64,000 nucleotides of DNA from Anaeromyxobacter sp. (GCA_049840735.1 JASGJN010000020.1:64001-128000), one strand, 5' to 3'. Shown: positions 23,975 to 34,336, counted from the stretch's first letter. Numbers and translations: made by a program. The notes: generated by a model from the letters alone, not told the origin.

Positions 23975-24406
23975 TCACGCCCGCGGCGCGGTGTCCCGCT
24001 CGCGGGCGGCCAGGACGGCCTCGAGGAGCTTGTGGACCTTGGGGAAGCGCGCCGCGATGGCCGAGAGGATGGGGGCCGGGAAGGCCACCACCTGCACGTC
24101 GGTGCGGGCCACCAGGGCCGGGTGGCGCCCATGGCCGAGCACCCGCCCCTCGCCGAAGGTCGCCCCGCGCTCGAGCTGGGCCACCTCGGTCCCGTCCACC
24201 AGGACGGCGGCCTTGCCCTCCAGCAGCAGCAGGAACGAGTCGTCCTCACCGGACGAGATCGTCTCGCCGGGCTCGTAGGCGATCACCTGGGCGATCTGCA
24301 CGACATCCCGCCGCGCCTCCGGATCGAGCGAACGGAACAGCAGGCTCGACTCGACGAAGGCGCTCGTCGCGAGGTCGCCCCACACCTCTCGCGGCGCGCT
24401 GGCCAT
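23975..24406 (-). CDS. Stand-alone cyclic nucleotide-binding domain protein
   Basis: SLLFRSLD...LLEGKAAV...LERGATFGEG. Confidence 0.8.
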   Translation of the reverse strand: MASAPREVWGDLATSAFVESSLLFRSLDPEARRDVVQIAQVIAYEPGETISSGEDDSFLLLLEGKAAVLVDGTEVAQLERGATFGEGRVLGHGRHPALVARTDVQVVAFPAPILSAIAARFPKVHKLLEAVLAARERDTAPRA

Positions 24407-24485
24407 GCCCCAAACGCTAGCATGAAAACCGGCCGGCGCGCTCTGCGCTGGCCCCTGGGCGAGCAGGCTGGCATTGTTCGCCGCC

Positions 24486-25322
24486 ATGCTGACGCCCCTC
24501 GTCGTGGCGCTGATCCTGGCGGCCCCGCAGGCAGACCCTGCCGGGACGGAGGCCCCGGCGGCCCCCACCGCCGAGTCCGCTGCGGCGGCGCCCACCCCCG
24601 CGCCGCCCACCCCCGCGCCGGCCACCCACGAGGCGGCCACACCGGCTCCGGCGCCCGCCGCTGTCCCCCAGGCCCCTCCAACTCCGCCAGCCGCGACTCC
24701 TGCGACCCCCGCCGCCCACCCGGCCGCTGCCACGCCTTCCATGGCCACCCCGGCCCCCGCCGCCGCCGCTGCACCGACCCCGGCGCCGCCGGCCACCGCT
24801 CCGCCGCCGGCTCCGCCGACGGCTCCGGCCGCGGTCCCGCGGACCGCTCCGGTGCCGGCGGCCGCGACCATCCCCGCGCCCGGGGTCGCGCCCGCGCCGC
24901 CCGTCGCGCCGCCCACCGTCACCAGCGCCCCGGTCCCGCCCGGCGAGAAGGCCCAGGTGGCCGAGGCCGCCCTCGCCTTCCTCGACGCGCTGCTGGCCGG
25001 AGATGCCGCCGGGCTCTCATCGGCCTCGGCGGAGCGGTTCAGCTTCGACGGCGACGCCCGCACCGGCCGCCCGGACGTCCGCCGCGGCTTCGACGCGCTG
25101 GTGGTGCGCCGCGCCGGGCTGCCCCGGGCGACCCTGCTCGACCTGGAGGTGCTGCCGGTGGCCGACGCGGCGGCGCGCCTCGGAGCACCGCCCCCGCGCC
25201 TGGCCCCGCTGGCCGCGACGCGCGGCGCGTGGGTGGCCATCGCCGACGTCTCCGGCCGGCCGGTGGTGCTGTTCCTCGTGCGCGAGGGCCCGCGCTGGCT
25301 GGTGGCCGGGCTGCACGGGTAG
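24486..25322 (+). CDS. Secreted Pro/Ala/Thr-rich hypothetical protein
   Basis: Signal-peptide-like N-terminus, long low-complexity linker, C-terminal ~120-aa domain. Confidence 0.75.
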   Translation: MLTPLVVALILAAPQADPAGTEAPAAPTAESAAAAPTPAPPTPAPATHEAATPAPAPAAVPQAPPTPPAATPATPAAHPAAATPSMATPAPAAAAAPTPAPPATAPPPAPPTAPAAVPRTAPVPAAATIPAPGVAPAPPVAPPTVTSAPVPPGEKAQVAEAALAFLDALLAGDAAGLSSASAERFSFDGDARTGRPDVRRGFDALVVRRAGLPRATLLDLEVLPVADAAARLGAPPPRLAPLAATRGAWVAIADVSGRPVVLFLVREGPRWLVAGLHG

Positions 25323-25356
25323 GCCCCGGCAGCCCTTCCTGCGGCCTGGAAAGGTC

Positions 25357-25406
25357 CCGCTCGTCCTGAGCGTAGCGCCCGCGCAGCGGGCGCGGAGTCG
25401 AAGGAC
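25357..25406. repeat. Long-form REP-like repeat between convergent genes
   Basis: ccgctcgtcCTGAGCGTAG-cgcccgc gca gcgggcg-CGGAGTCGAAGgac. Confidence 0.9.
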
Positions 25407-25428
25407 AGGCCGCTGAGCCCGGCGCCGC

Positions 25429-26631
25429 CTACCCCAGGCTCTTCACCATCTCCGCGATCCGGTCGCAGCCCTTGTCAATCTGCTCCATCGACGTGGCGAA
25501 CGAGAGCCGGATGTAGCCGGGGGCGCCGAAGGCGGAGCCGGGGACGGCCGCCACCAGGTGCTTGTCCAGCAAGAGGTCGATGAGCCGGTCATCGGTACCG
25601 AGCGCCTCGGCCGCACCGGGGGCCTTGCGCGAGAGGAGCGCCGACATGTCCGGGAAGGCGTAGAACGCGCCGCCCGGATCGAAGCAGCGGACGCCGGGGA
25701 TGGCGTTCAGGCGGGCCACGATGTGCTTGCGGCGCTCGTCGAACACCTTCCGCATCTTCTCCACCTCCTCGTCCACGCCGGGCAGCGTGAGCGCAGCCAG
25801 CGCGGCCTTCTGTGAGATGGAGGCGGGGTTGGAGGTGGAGTTGTCCTGCAGCTTCTGCATGGCCGCGATGAGCGGCTGCGGGCCGGCGGTCCAGCCGATG
25901 CGCCAGCCGGTCATGGAGAAGGTCTTGGAGGCGCCGTTCACCAGCGCCACCTGCCCGCGCAGCGACGGGTCGAGGTCGAGGACGTTCTCGAACTTCCCCC
26001 TGTAGACGAGGCGGTCGTAGATGTCGTCGGAGACCACCAGGATGTCCTTGCCCTTCACGCAGGAGATGACCGTCTCGAGCGTGCGGCGCGAGAGCATGGC
26101 GCCGGTGGGGTTGGACGGGCTGTTGACGATCACGGCGCGGGTCTTCGGCCCGATGGCCTTGGTGATCTGCTCCGGCGCCGGGTCGAAGCCGGTGTCCATG
26201 GTGGTCTCGACCAGCACCGGGGTGCCGCCGGCCACGCGGACCATGTCGGCGTAGGAGACCCAGTACGGCGTGAAGATGACCACCTCGTCGCCCGGATCGA
26301 GCAGCGCCTGGAACAGGTTGAAGAGCGCGTGCTTGCCGCCGCAGGAGACCAGCACCTCGCTCGGCTTGTAGGCGAGCTGGTGCGCCTTCTCGATGGAGGC
26401 GGCGATGGCCTCGCGCAGCTCCTGGATGCCGGCCGTGGGCGTGTACTTGGTGAAGCCCTGGTCGATCGCCTTCTTGGCCGCGTCCTTGATCATGGCGGGC
26501 GTGTCGAAGTCGGGCTCCCCGGCCCCGAACCCGACCACGTCGATGCCCTTGGCCTTCATGTCACGGGCCTTGGCGGTGATGGCCAGGGTGGGCGAGGGCT
26601 TCACGGCGTCCAGGCGCTTCGCGAGCTTCAC
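25429..26631 (-). CDS. aspC: Aspartate aminotransferase-like PLP aminotransferase
   Basis: FGAGEPDFDTP, NSPSNPTG, SDDIY, SKTFSMTGWRIG; RBS GGAGGGAG before GTG. Confidence 0.9.
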   Translation of the reverse strand: MKLAKRLDAVKPSPTLAITAKARDMKAKGIDVVGFGAGEPDFDTPAMIKDAAKKAIDQGFTKYTPTAGIQELREAIAASIEKAHQLAYKPSEVLVSCGGKHALFNLFQALLDPGDEVVIFTPYWVSYADMVRVAGGTPVLVETTMDTGFDPAPEQITKAIGPKTRAVIVNSPSNPTGAMLSRRTLETVISCVKGKDILVVSDDIYDRLVYRGKFENVLDLDPSLRGQVALVNGASKTFSMTGWRIGWTAGPQPLIAAMQKLQDNSTSNPASISQKAALAALTLPGVDEEVEKMRKVFDERRKHIVARLNAIPGVRCFDPGGAFYAFPDMSALLSRKAPGAAEALGTDDRLIDLLLDKHLVAAVPGSAFGAPGYIRLSFATSMEQIDKGCDRIAEMVKSLG

Positions 26632-26770
26632 GGTCGACTCCCTCCGCTGCGGCCCGCACCGGCGGACCGCGCAAAAACGGCCGTTCAAGATAGCAGAACC
26701 GTGGTGGACCTTCCCTGCGAAGGAGCGCGCAGGCGGTCCCTGGACCACCCCTGCGCCCCGGCGGGGGCCC

Positions 26771-27257
26771 TCAGCGCTTGCCGAGCTTGCGGCCCAGCTC
26801 CCGCAGCACGTTGGCCGGCACGAAGGCCGACACGTCGCCGCCGAAGGTGGCCACCTCCCGCACCAGCCGCGCCGACACGAAGAAGTAGTCCTCGCCGGTC
26901 ATCACGAAGACCGACTCCAGAATCCGGCAGCAGCTTGCGGTTCATGTTGGCCAGCTGGAACTCGTACTCGAAGTCGGACACGGCGCGCAGGCCGCGCAGC
27001 AGCGTGTGGATCCCGCGCGTCTTGCAGTAGTCCACCAGCAGGCCGTCGAAGGCGTCCACCTCGACCCGGGGGTCGTTTCCGATGGCCTCGACGATCAGCG
27101 CCTTGCGCTCCTCGAGCGTGAACAGCGGCGCCTTCGAGGGGTTCTTGGCCACCGCGACCACCAGCCGGTCGAACAGCTTGAGGCCGCGCTGGATGATGGC
27201 CAGGTGACCGTTGGTCAGCGGATCGAACGAGCCGGGGTAGATGGCGAGGCGGGCCAT
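26771..27257 (-). CDS. coaD: Phosphopantetheine adenylyltransferase; apparent frameshift at ~26921
   Basis: [24 protein letters not shown]. Removing one base at GAATC 26920-26924 restores ...LESVFVMT...[17 protein letters not shown]. Confidence 0.95.
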
Positions 27258-27274
27258 GTGGGCGCGAGTATCGC

Positions 27275-27814
27275 CTACTCCCTCAGGTAGATCGAGATCC
27301 CCGTGCCGCCGTAGTCGCGCCGGTCCTCCAGGGCCAGCCCGCCGAACCGATCCGGGGGTGGGCGCCTTGCGTCATGCTCGGCCACCACCCGGGCGCCAGG
27401 CAGGAGCAGGTCGCCCACCGCCGCCAGCGCCGCGTCCGGTCCCTCGGCGTAGGGCGGGTCCACGAAGGCCAGCGCGAACCGGCCGCGCGGCAGCCGCGCC
27501 AGCGCCTCCGGGACCCGGCCGCGCAGGATCTCCACCCGGTCGGCCACGCCGCAGGCCTCGGCGTTGCGCCGGATGACCTCGGCGGCGGCCCGCTCCGCCT
27601 CGACGCAGGTGGCCCGGGCGCAGCCGCGCGAGAGCGCCTCCAGCGCCAGCGCGCCGGTGCCGGCGTACAGGTCGAGCACGTCGCCGCCGTCGAAGAACTG
27701 GCCCAGGAGGTTCATCACCGCGCCGCGGACCTTGTCGCTGGTGGGCCGGGTGGCGTTCCCGGCCGGCGCCGCCAGGCGGCGGCCGCGGGCGGCGCCGGCG
27801 ATGATGCGCGACAC
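27275..27814 (-). CDS. rsmD: 16S rRNA m2G966 methyltransferase RsmD
   Basis: [35 protein letters not shown]; adjacent to coaD. Confidence 0.93.
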   Translation of the reverse strand: MSRIIAGAARGRRLAAPAGNATRPTSDKVRGAVMNLLGQFFDGGDVLDLYAGTGALALEALSRGCARATCVEAERAAAEVIRRNAEACGVADRVEILRGRVPEALARLPRGRFALAFVDPPYAEGPDAALAAVGDLLLPGARVVAEHDARRPPPDRFGGLALEDRRDYGGTGISIYLRE

Positions 27815-27820
27815 GGGCGG

Positions 27821-28726
27821 TCAGCCCTCCACCAGGCGCCGCTCCAGCTCGCGGACCACCGCGAGGGCGCTGCGCCCGGCGCCCAGGGCGTCGAGGATCT
27901 CGGTCACCGCGGTGAAGGCCCGGGCCTCCTGCTGCTCGGAGCCGTCGGCCTCGCCCCGCCCCGCGGCCAGCCCGCCGTCCTCGCAGGCGCGCAAAGACGA
28001 GCCGCCCAGCGCCTTGACCACCGCGGCGGAGAGCGGACCGCGCCGGAACACCGGCAGCCCCGCCAGCGCGCCGGAGAGGCGGCTCAGGGCGCCGATCTGG
28101 GCGCGGGCGCCGTCCGGGTCGGTCACGGCCCGGCAGCGGACGCTGACCGCGTCGGCCGGGGCGCGCCGCTTCAGCAGCTCGGCCAGCAGCGCCGCGGCGC
28201 GGCGGCCGGAGAGGCCGTCCGACTCGATGGGCACCACCACCTCGACGTAGAGGCCGCGCTCGACCGCCGGGGCCGCCACCTCGGCGATGACCCGGGCCCG
28301 CTCGGCCTGCGCCACCGCGACGGCGTCCAGGGCCAGGTGGGTGAAGCCGGTGTCCACCAGCTTCCAGGCCTGGTTCACGGCCCCCTCGACCTGGGTGACC
28401 CCCTCGCCCTCCAGCACCAGCTCGGCCGAGAGCCCGAAGGGCAGCCCCGCCGCGAGCTCGTCGGCGGCCTGCGCCACCGCCTCGAACCAGGGCGCGGGCG
28501 CGGTGCCGGGCGGCAGGCCCAGCGCGATGGCCGCCTTCTGGAACTTGGCGGCCACCAGCGCGCCGCGCGCCACCGCGGGCGTGGGCGCGCGCACCATCAG
28601 CAGCGGCGGCTGCCCGGGCCGCGGCTCGCCCAGCAGATCGCGGGGCGAGAGCGGACAGGCGTCGCTGCGCGGCGCCAGTCGCGACACCACGTTGGCTGGC
28701 CGGAACGCGAGGATCCGCGAGACCAC
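27821..28726 (-). CDS. Hypothetical protein, possibly degenerate class II aldolase-like TIM barrel
   Basis: Faint resemblance (ARGALVAAK..., LVDTGFTHLALDA, GLYVEV); catalytic His motifs not evident. Confidence 0.6.
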   Translation of the reverse strand: MVSRILAFRPANVVSRLAPRSDACPLSPRDLLGEPRPGQPPLLMVRAPTPAVARGALVAAKFQKAAIALGLPPGTAPAPWFEAVAQAADELAAGLPFGLSAELVLEGEGVTQVEGAVNQAWKLVDTGFTHLALDAVAVAQAERARVIAEVAAPAVERGLYVEVVVPIESDGLSGRRAAALLAELLKRRAPADAVSVRCRAVTDPDGARAQIGALSRLSGALAGLPVFRRGPLSAAVVKALGGSSLRACEDGGLAAGRGEADGSEQQEARAFTAVTEILDALGAGRSALAVVRELERRLVEG

Positions 28727-28765
28727 GCCAACGGTATAGCACGCGGGGCGGCCGGGCCGGGCGCG

Positions 28766-29783
28766 TCAGTGCTGCAGATCGTACACGTGGGCGTAGTCGG
28801 CGGTCTCGATCTGGAGCGTGGTGTGCTCGATCCCGAAGCCCCGGCGCAGATCGCGCTTGACCGCCTCGAGGATCTGGTCGTTCCGGCCGATGGCGGTCTC
28901 GTCCACCACGAGGTGCGCCGAGAGGGCGTACAGGCCGCTGGAGATGGTCCAGACGTGCAGGTCGTGCACGGCCCGCACGCCCGGGCAGCAGGCCATGTGG
29001 GCCTGGACCCGGGCCACGTCGATGTGGGGCGGCACGCTCTCCATCAGGATCTCGGTGATCTCCAGGATCAGCCGGATGGCGCCCCAGACGATCAGCCCGC
29101 CGATGGCGAGGGACAGCACCGGGTCGAGCCACTGCAGCCCGGGGCGCAGCGCCATGACGCCCGCGACCAGCAGGATGGCCACCGACGAGAACCGTGTCGG
29201 AGAGGACGTGGAGGAAGGCCGAGCGGGCGTTGAGCGTGTGATCGCCGTGCAGCACGCCCAGGATGGCCAGGTTGGCCAGCAGGCCGACCACGCCGACTCC
29301 GGCCATGACGCCAAGCTGGATGGGCGGGCCGGGGTGGCGCAGCCGGTCCACCGCCTCCCAGGCCACCCAGGCCGAGAGGACCAGCAGGGCGCCCACGTTG
29401 ATCTGCGCGGCCAGCACCTCGGCGCGGCGGTAGCCGTAGGTCCGCCTGGCGTCGGCCGGGCGGCTGGCCAGGTAGGTGGCGATCAGCGCAAGCCCCAGCG
29501 CGCCCACGTCGGTCAGCATGTGGCCGGCGTCCGAGACCAGGGCCAGCGAGCCGGACAGCCAGCCGCCCACCGCCTCGGCGATCATCACCGTGCCGGTGAT
29601 GCCGATGGAGATGGCCAGCCGGCGGAGGCTGGTGCCGGCCCCGTGGCTCCCCAGCGCCTGGGGGTGCCCGCTCTCCTCCACCCGCAGGTGCGACGGGTGG
29701 TCGTCCGGCAGCCCGCGACAGACGTCGTCGTGATCGTGGTGCCGTCCGTCGTGGGCGTGACCGTGCGAGTGGCCGTGCGACAT
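28766..29783 (-). CDS. Cation diffusion facilitator (CzcD/ZitB-like) with His-rich N-terminus; apparent frameshift at ~29190
   Basis: SLALVSDAGHMLTD, TYGYRRAE, FLHVLSD, VHDLHVW, HTTLQIE. Confidence 0.93.
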
Positions 29784-29908
29784 TCCGCTTGAACCTCCGA
29801 GCAGGGCATTCTACGCCATGGAGGCTGGTTTCGAGCAGGGGGCAGCCGCGCGCCCCTCGCCCGGCGGGCACCACCCCCGGCGCTCGCCCCGGCGGCCTTG
29901 CCCTGTCC

Positions 29909-30844
29909 ATGGATCCAACCCTTCAAATCGCCACCGCGCGCGACGGAACCCGGCTGGCGTGGACCAGCACCGGGGCCGGCGGTCCTCCGGTGATGCTGGT
30001 GGACGGCATCGGGTGCGCCGGCTACGTCTGGCGCCACCTCCGCCCGGCGCTGTCGGACCACCGGCGGGTGATCCACTGGAACTACCGCGGCCACGGCCAC
30101 AGCGAGGCCCCCCGGGATCGCGACCGCGTCACGGTGGACGACTGCGTGGACGACCTCTTCGCGGTGCTGGATGCGGCCGGGGAGCAGGAGGCCCTGCTGG
30201 CCGGCCACTCCATGGGCGTGCAGATCGCCCTGGAGGCCCACCGCCGGGCGCCCAGCCGGGTGAAGGGGCTGGTGCTCCTCTGCGGCGCCCCCGGCCACCC
30301 CATCGACACCTTCCGCGACTCCGGGCTGCTCCGGGCCGCCTTCCCCTTCGCGCGCGCCGCCGTGGAGCGCTGGCCGGACCTGGCCCGCAACCTGATCCGG
30401 GCGGTGGTGCCGACCGAGGTGGCGCTCGAGCTGGCGCTCACCTTCGAGGTGGACCGGACCCGCGTGGCGCGCGAGGACCTGGCCCGCTACCTGGACGACC
30501 TCTCGCGCGTGGACCCGGTGCTGTTCACGCGCCTGCTCCACTCGGCCGGCGAGCACGACACCACCGACCACCTGCCGGAGGTGGACGTGCCCACGCTGGT
30601 GGTGGCCGGCGAGCGCGACACCTTCACGCCCATGCGCCTGTCGGTGGCCATGCACCAGGCCATCGCCGGGAGCGAGCTGCTGGTGCTGCCCGGCGGCACC
30701 CACGTCGGCCCGCTGGAGCACCCCGCGCGCGTGGCCGAGCGGGTGCTGGCCTTCCTCGCCCGGCACGCCGACGCTCCCAGACCGCCTCGACGGCCGGCCC
30801 CGCTGCGGGCCGCGCGCCGGGGGAGAAGGGCCGGACCTCGATGA
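29909..30844 (+). CDS. Alpha/beta fold hydrolase
   Basis: WNYRGHGHS, AGHSMG, GERDTFTP, GGTH. Confidence 0.9.
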   Translation: MDPTLQIATARDGTRLAWTSTGAGGPPVMLVDGIGCAGYVWRHLRPALSDHRRVIHWNYRGHGHSEAPRDRDRVTVDDCVDDLFAVLDAAGEQEALLAGHSMGVQIALEAHRRAPSRVKGLVLLCGAPGHPIDTFRDSGLLRAAFPFARAAVERWPDLARNLIRAVVPTEVALELALTFEVDRTRVAREDLARYLDDLSRVDPVLFTRLLHSAGEHDTTDHLPEVDVPTLVVAGERDTFTPMRLSVAMHQAIAGSELLVLPGGTHVGPLEHPARVAERVLAFLARHADAPRPPRRPAPLRAARRGRRAGPR

Positions 30845-33800
30845 AGCGCCTCCTCGCCGCGATCACCCTCCTGGCTGCCCTCCCCGCCTCCGCCCAGCTC
30901 TACAATCCCGGCTTCCGCTGGCGCACCATCGAGACGGTGCACTTCCGCGTCCACTACCACCAGGGCGAGGAGACCTTGGCGGCGGAGGTCGCGGCCGCGG
31001 CCGAGCGCGCCCACCTGGCCCTGACGCCGGTGCTCGGCTACGCGCCGCGCCCGCGCACCGAGCTGGTGCTCTCGGACGACACCGACGACGCCAACGGCTC
31101 GGCCACGCCGGTGCCCTACAACATCATCCGGCTCTACGCGGTGCCGCCGGACGGCATGTCCGAGCTGGCCAGCTACCGGGACTGGGTGACGGCGCTGGTC
31201 TTCCACGAGTACGTCCACATCCTCCACCTCGACAACGTGGGCGGCGTGCCGGACCTCGCCAACCACGTCTTCGGCAAGCTCTTCGTCCCGAACGGCCTGG
31301 TGCCGGGGTGGATCGCCGAGGGGCTGGCGGTGGCGCACGAGGCCGACGGCGACCCCGGCGTCCGCTCGGGGCGCAACCAGAGCGCCATGCAGGAGATGTA
31401 CGCCCGGGCGTTGACGGTGGAGGCGCCCGGCTTCCCGCGGCTGGACGAGATCTCGAACCCGCTCACCGAGTGGCCGCTGGGGAACGTGCCCTACCTGATG
31501 GGCGGCCGCTTCATGGCCTGGCTGGAGGCGCGCTACGGCCAGAAGCAGCTGGCCTGGTTCCTCCGCGACCAGGGCTCGCGCATCTGGCCGTACGCGCCCA
31601 GCTGGTCGGGCGAGTCCGCCTTCGGGCAGGACTTCCAGGCGCTCTGGAAGCAGTTCCGCGCCGGAGAGGAGGCCCACTTCGCCGCGCAGCTCCAGGAGGT
31701 GCGCCGCCGGCCCGTCACCGCCTACCAGCGCCTCACCTTCGACGGCGGCCGCGCGGTGACGCCGCGCTGGGCGCCGGACGGCGCGTCCATCGTGTACCGC
31801 CGCGGCAGCCTGGACGAGCGCTCCGGGCTGCGCCGGATCTCGCCGGAGGGCAAGGCGCTCGGCGACGAGGTGCCGGTGGACGCCAACGGCAACCTGACCC
31901 TGACCTCCGGCGATGAGGCCGTGGTGGCCATCGCCGACGTGTGGCACGAGCACCGGCTCTACGACGACCTGTGGCGCGTGACGCTCCGGAACGGCCGCCG
32001 CACGCGGCTCACCGACGGCGGGCGCGCCACCGATCCGGCCTTCGACCCGGCCAGCGGGCTCCTGGCCTTCGTCAAGCGGACCGGCCCCGGCGAGATGGCG
32101 CTGGTCCGGCGCCCCCTGGCCGGCGGCGCCGAGGCGGTGGCGCTGGCCCGCCCCGGCGCGCAGGTCTTCGCTCCCGCCCTGGCGCCCGGCGGCCGGCGGC
32201 TGGCCGTGGAGCTGCACGAGGGCGGCCGGCGTGACGTGGTGGTGCTGGACGGCGGGCGCGAGGTGCGCGTCACCGAAGACGCCGCGCTCGACCTCTCGCC
32301 CTCCTTCACGCCGGACGGCAAGTGGCTCGTCTTCTCGTCCAATCGGAGCGGGATCTTCAACGTGTACGCCTGGCCGGTGGAGGCGTGCCTGGCGGAGGCG
32401 GTTGCAAGCGAGGCGCCGGCAGCCACGACCGAGGCGGAGCCGGCGGCGGCTGAGGAGACGCCGGCACAGGCTGAGGAGACGCCCGCACAGAATGAGGAGA
32501 CGCCCGCACGGGATGAGGCTGGGCCGGCTCCCGCCGAATCCGTTCGCCCTGAGCGTAGCGAGCCCGAAGGGCTCGCGGAGTCGAAGGGCGAGGAGCGAAC
32601 GGAGCCGAAGCGCGAGCCCTGCGCCCTCCGTCAGGTCACCAACGTCGAGACCGGCGCCTTCCAGCCCTCCGTCTCGCCCGACGGCCGCACCCTGCTAATC
32701 GTCTCCTACTCGCGGGCCGGCTACGACCTGGCCACCCTGCCCTTCAATCCCACCGCCTTCCTCGAGCCGGCCGCCCCGCTGCGCGAGACCGTGGCCCTGC
32801 CTGCGGCGGTGACCGCCCCGGTCGCGCCGCCGCCGTCCAGGCCCTACTCCGCCTGGTCCACCCTCGCGCCCACCTGGTGGTTCCCGGTGTGGGGCACCGA
32901 CGCCGGCGGCAACCTGTACGGCGCGGCCACGGGTGGCATGGACGTGCTGGCGCGCCACGCCTGGGCGGCGCAGGCCTGGTGGAGCGTGGAGGCCAAGCAG
33001 CTCAGCTACAACTTCGCCTACCAGGGCGGCTGGTCCTGGCCGACCTTCGATCTCTCCTCGTACCGCTACCTCGACACCGCGCCGGGCGGCCCCGAGGAGC
33101 TGCAGGCCATCTGGACCCCGGCCGACGTCGGCGCGACCTTCACCTTCACGCACCTCGACTCGAGCTTCGCCTTCCGCCCGGGCTGGCGCGGCACCATCCA
33201 CGACGTGCTCGGCACCGACGCCAAGGCCACCACCTCCGAGGAGATCGGGCTGGGCGACGGCTTCCTCTCCGAGCTGACGCTGGGGGCCGCCTGGTCCAAC
33301 GCGCGGCGCTACGTGCGGTCCATCTCCGCCGAGGAGGGCACCAGCGCGGCGGTGTTCGGCCGGCTGGCCCTGCCGGAGCTGGGCAGCGACGTGAAGCTGG
33401 CCCGGGTCGAGGGGGCGCTCTCGCAGTACCTGCGCATCCCCTACACGCGCCACGGCGTGCTGGCGCTCCGGGCCGCCGGGGGCGCCGCGGACGGCTCGCT
33501 GGGCTTCCACCGCCCGTTCACGCTGGGTGGCGTCAGCTCGCCGGACCTGGTCTCGGTCCTGCTCCTGCAGCCGTCCATCGGCGCCAACGAGCTGCGCGGC
33601 TACCCCAGCAGCTGGCTGGGCGGCACCGGCTACGCGCTGGCCAACGCCGAGCTCCGCTTCCCCATCGCCGTCCCGGAGCGCGGCTACTCCACCTGGCCCA
33701 TCTTCCTGCGCCGGGTCCACGGCGCCGTGTTCGGCGACCTGGGCGACTGCTTCGACCTGCCCGGCGAGCTCGCCTTCGCCGGCCACTCGTTCTCGACCGA

Positions 33801-33978
33801 CCAGCTCAGGCTCGGCGCCGGCGGCGAGCTGCGGCTGGAGGTGGCGGTCGGCTACTACGCCGTCTTCGACGTACGGCTCGGGCTCGCGCACGCCTTCGGG
33901 CGCGTCTTCGCCGGCGAGGCCAGCGAGCCCGGGGTGGACCCGGTCACCGGCTACTTCACGGTGGGACAGAGCTTCTAG
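30841..33978 (+). CDS. Outer-membrane protein: N-terminal zincin-like domain, TolB/PD40-like propeller, C-terminal Omp85(BamA/TamA)-like barrel
   Basis: Signal peptide; HEYVH...WIAEG; repeats PRWAPDG/PSFTPDG/PSVSPDG; ELRGY, NAELRFP, terminal GQSF. Confidence 0.85.
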   Translation: MKRLLAAITLLAALPASAQLYNPGFRWRTIETVHFRVHYHQGEETLAAEVAAAAERAHLALTPVLGYAPRPRTELVLSDDTDDANGSATPVPYNIIRLYAVPPDGMSELASYRDWVTALVFHEYVHILHLDNVGGVPDLANHVFGKLFVPNGLVPGWIAEGLAVAHEADGDPGVRSGRNQSAMQEMYARALTVEAPGFPRLDEISNPLTEWPLGNVPYLMGGRFMAWLEARYGQKQLAWFLRDQGSRIWPYAPSWSGESAFGQDFQALWKQFRAGEEAHFAAQLQEVRRRPVTAYQRLTFDGGRAVTPRWAPDGASIVYRRGSLDERSGLRRISPEGKALGDEVPVDANGNLTLTSGDEAVVAIADVWHEHRLYDDLWRVTLRNGRRTRLTDGGRATDPAFDPASGLLAFVKRTGPGEMALVRRPLAGGAEAVALARPGAQVFAPALAPGGRRLAVELHEGGRRDVVVLDGGREVRVTEDAALDLSPSFTPDGKWLVFSSNRSGIFNVYAWPVEACLAEAVASEAPAATTEAEPAAAEETPAQAEETPAQNEETPARDEAGPAPAESVRPERSEPEGLAESKGEERTEPKREPCALRQVTNVETGAFQPSVSPDGRTLLIVSYSRAGYDLATLPFNPTAFLEPAAPLRETVALPAAVTAPVAPPPSRPYSAWSTLAPTWWFPVWGTDAGGNLYGAATGGMDVLARHAWAAQAWWSVEAKQLSYNFAYQGGWSWPTFDLSSYRYLDTAPGGPEELQAIWTPADVGATFTFTHLDSSFAFRPGWRGTIHDVLGTDAKATTSEEIGLGDGFLSELTLGAAWSNARRYVRSISAEEGTSAAVFGRLALPELGSDVKLARVEGALSQYLRIPYTRHGVLALRAAGGAADGSLGFHRPFTLGGVSSPDLVSVLLLQPSIGANELRGYPSSWLGGTGYALANAELRFPIAVPERGYSTWPIFLRRVHGAVFGDLGDCFDLPGELAFAGHSFSTDQLRLGAGGELRLEVAVGYYAVFDVRLGLAHAFGRVFAGEASEPGVDPVTGYFTVGQSF
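32449..32511 (+). repeat. Three 21-bp tandem repeats encoding (A/N)EETPA(Q/R)
   Basis: gctgaggagacgccggcacag / gctgaggagacgcccgcacag / aatgaggagacgcccgcacgg. Confidence 0.9.
32539..32603. repeat. Long-form repeat in-frame within the outer-membrane protein gene
   Basis: tccgttcgccCTGAGCGTAG-cgagccc gaa gggctcg-CGGAGTCGAAGggcga...cgaacgga. Confidence 0.92.
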
Positions 33979-33985
33979 GTCCGGC

Positions 33986-34336
33986 TCAGGCCCGGCCCGC
34001 CGCGTCCGCCGGCGAGAGCGGCCGCCGGGCCCGCCCGCGCCGCCAGGCCTGCGCCAGCCGGAAGGGCGCCAGGGAGAGCGACCGCAGCAGCCGGATGAAG
34101 TCCTGGGCCAGCTCGGCCAGCACCGCCTCCACCGGGACCCCCAGCTCCTCCGCCCGGCGGGTGGCCGCCTGGACCTCCGCCATGCGCTCCACCCGCTCGC
34201 GCTCGTCGCGCTTCGCGGCCTCCCGCTGCGGCGCCGTGTCGCCGATGAACTTCTTCCCCGGCGCCCCCCGCCGGAAGCCAGCCTCCTGTTTCCCCAGCGC
34301 TTCCTTGGCCGCGCCCGGCCGGTTCTTCACCGCCAT
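33986..34336 (-). CDS. Hypothetical protein
   Basis: Coding-like ORF preceded by TACCTT 6 nt upstream of ATG. Confidence 0.7.
   Translation of the reverse strand: MAVKNRPGAAKEALGKQEAGFRRGAPGKKFIGDTAPQREAAKRDERERVERMAEVQAATRRAEELGVPVEAVLAELAQDFIRLLRSLSLAPFRLAQAWRRGRARRPLSPADAAGRA

Noticed and set aside
24540..24940. Repetitive-looking DNA in the secreted protein gene
   Set aside because: Low-complexity Pro/Ala/Thr linker coding, with no discrete repeat unit.
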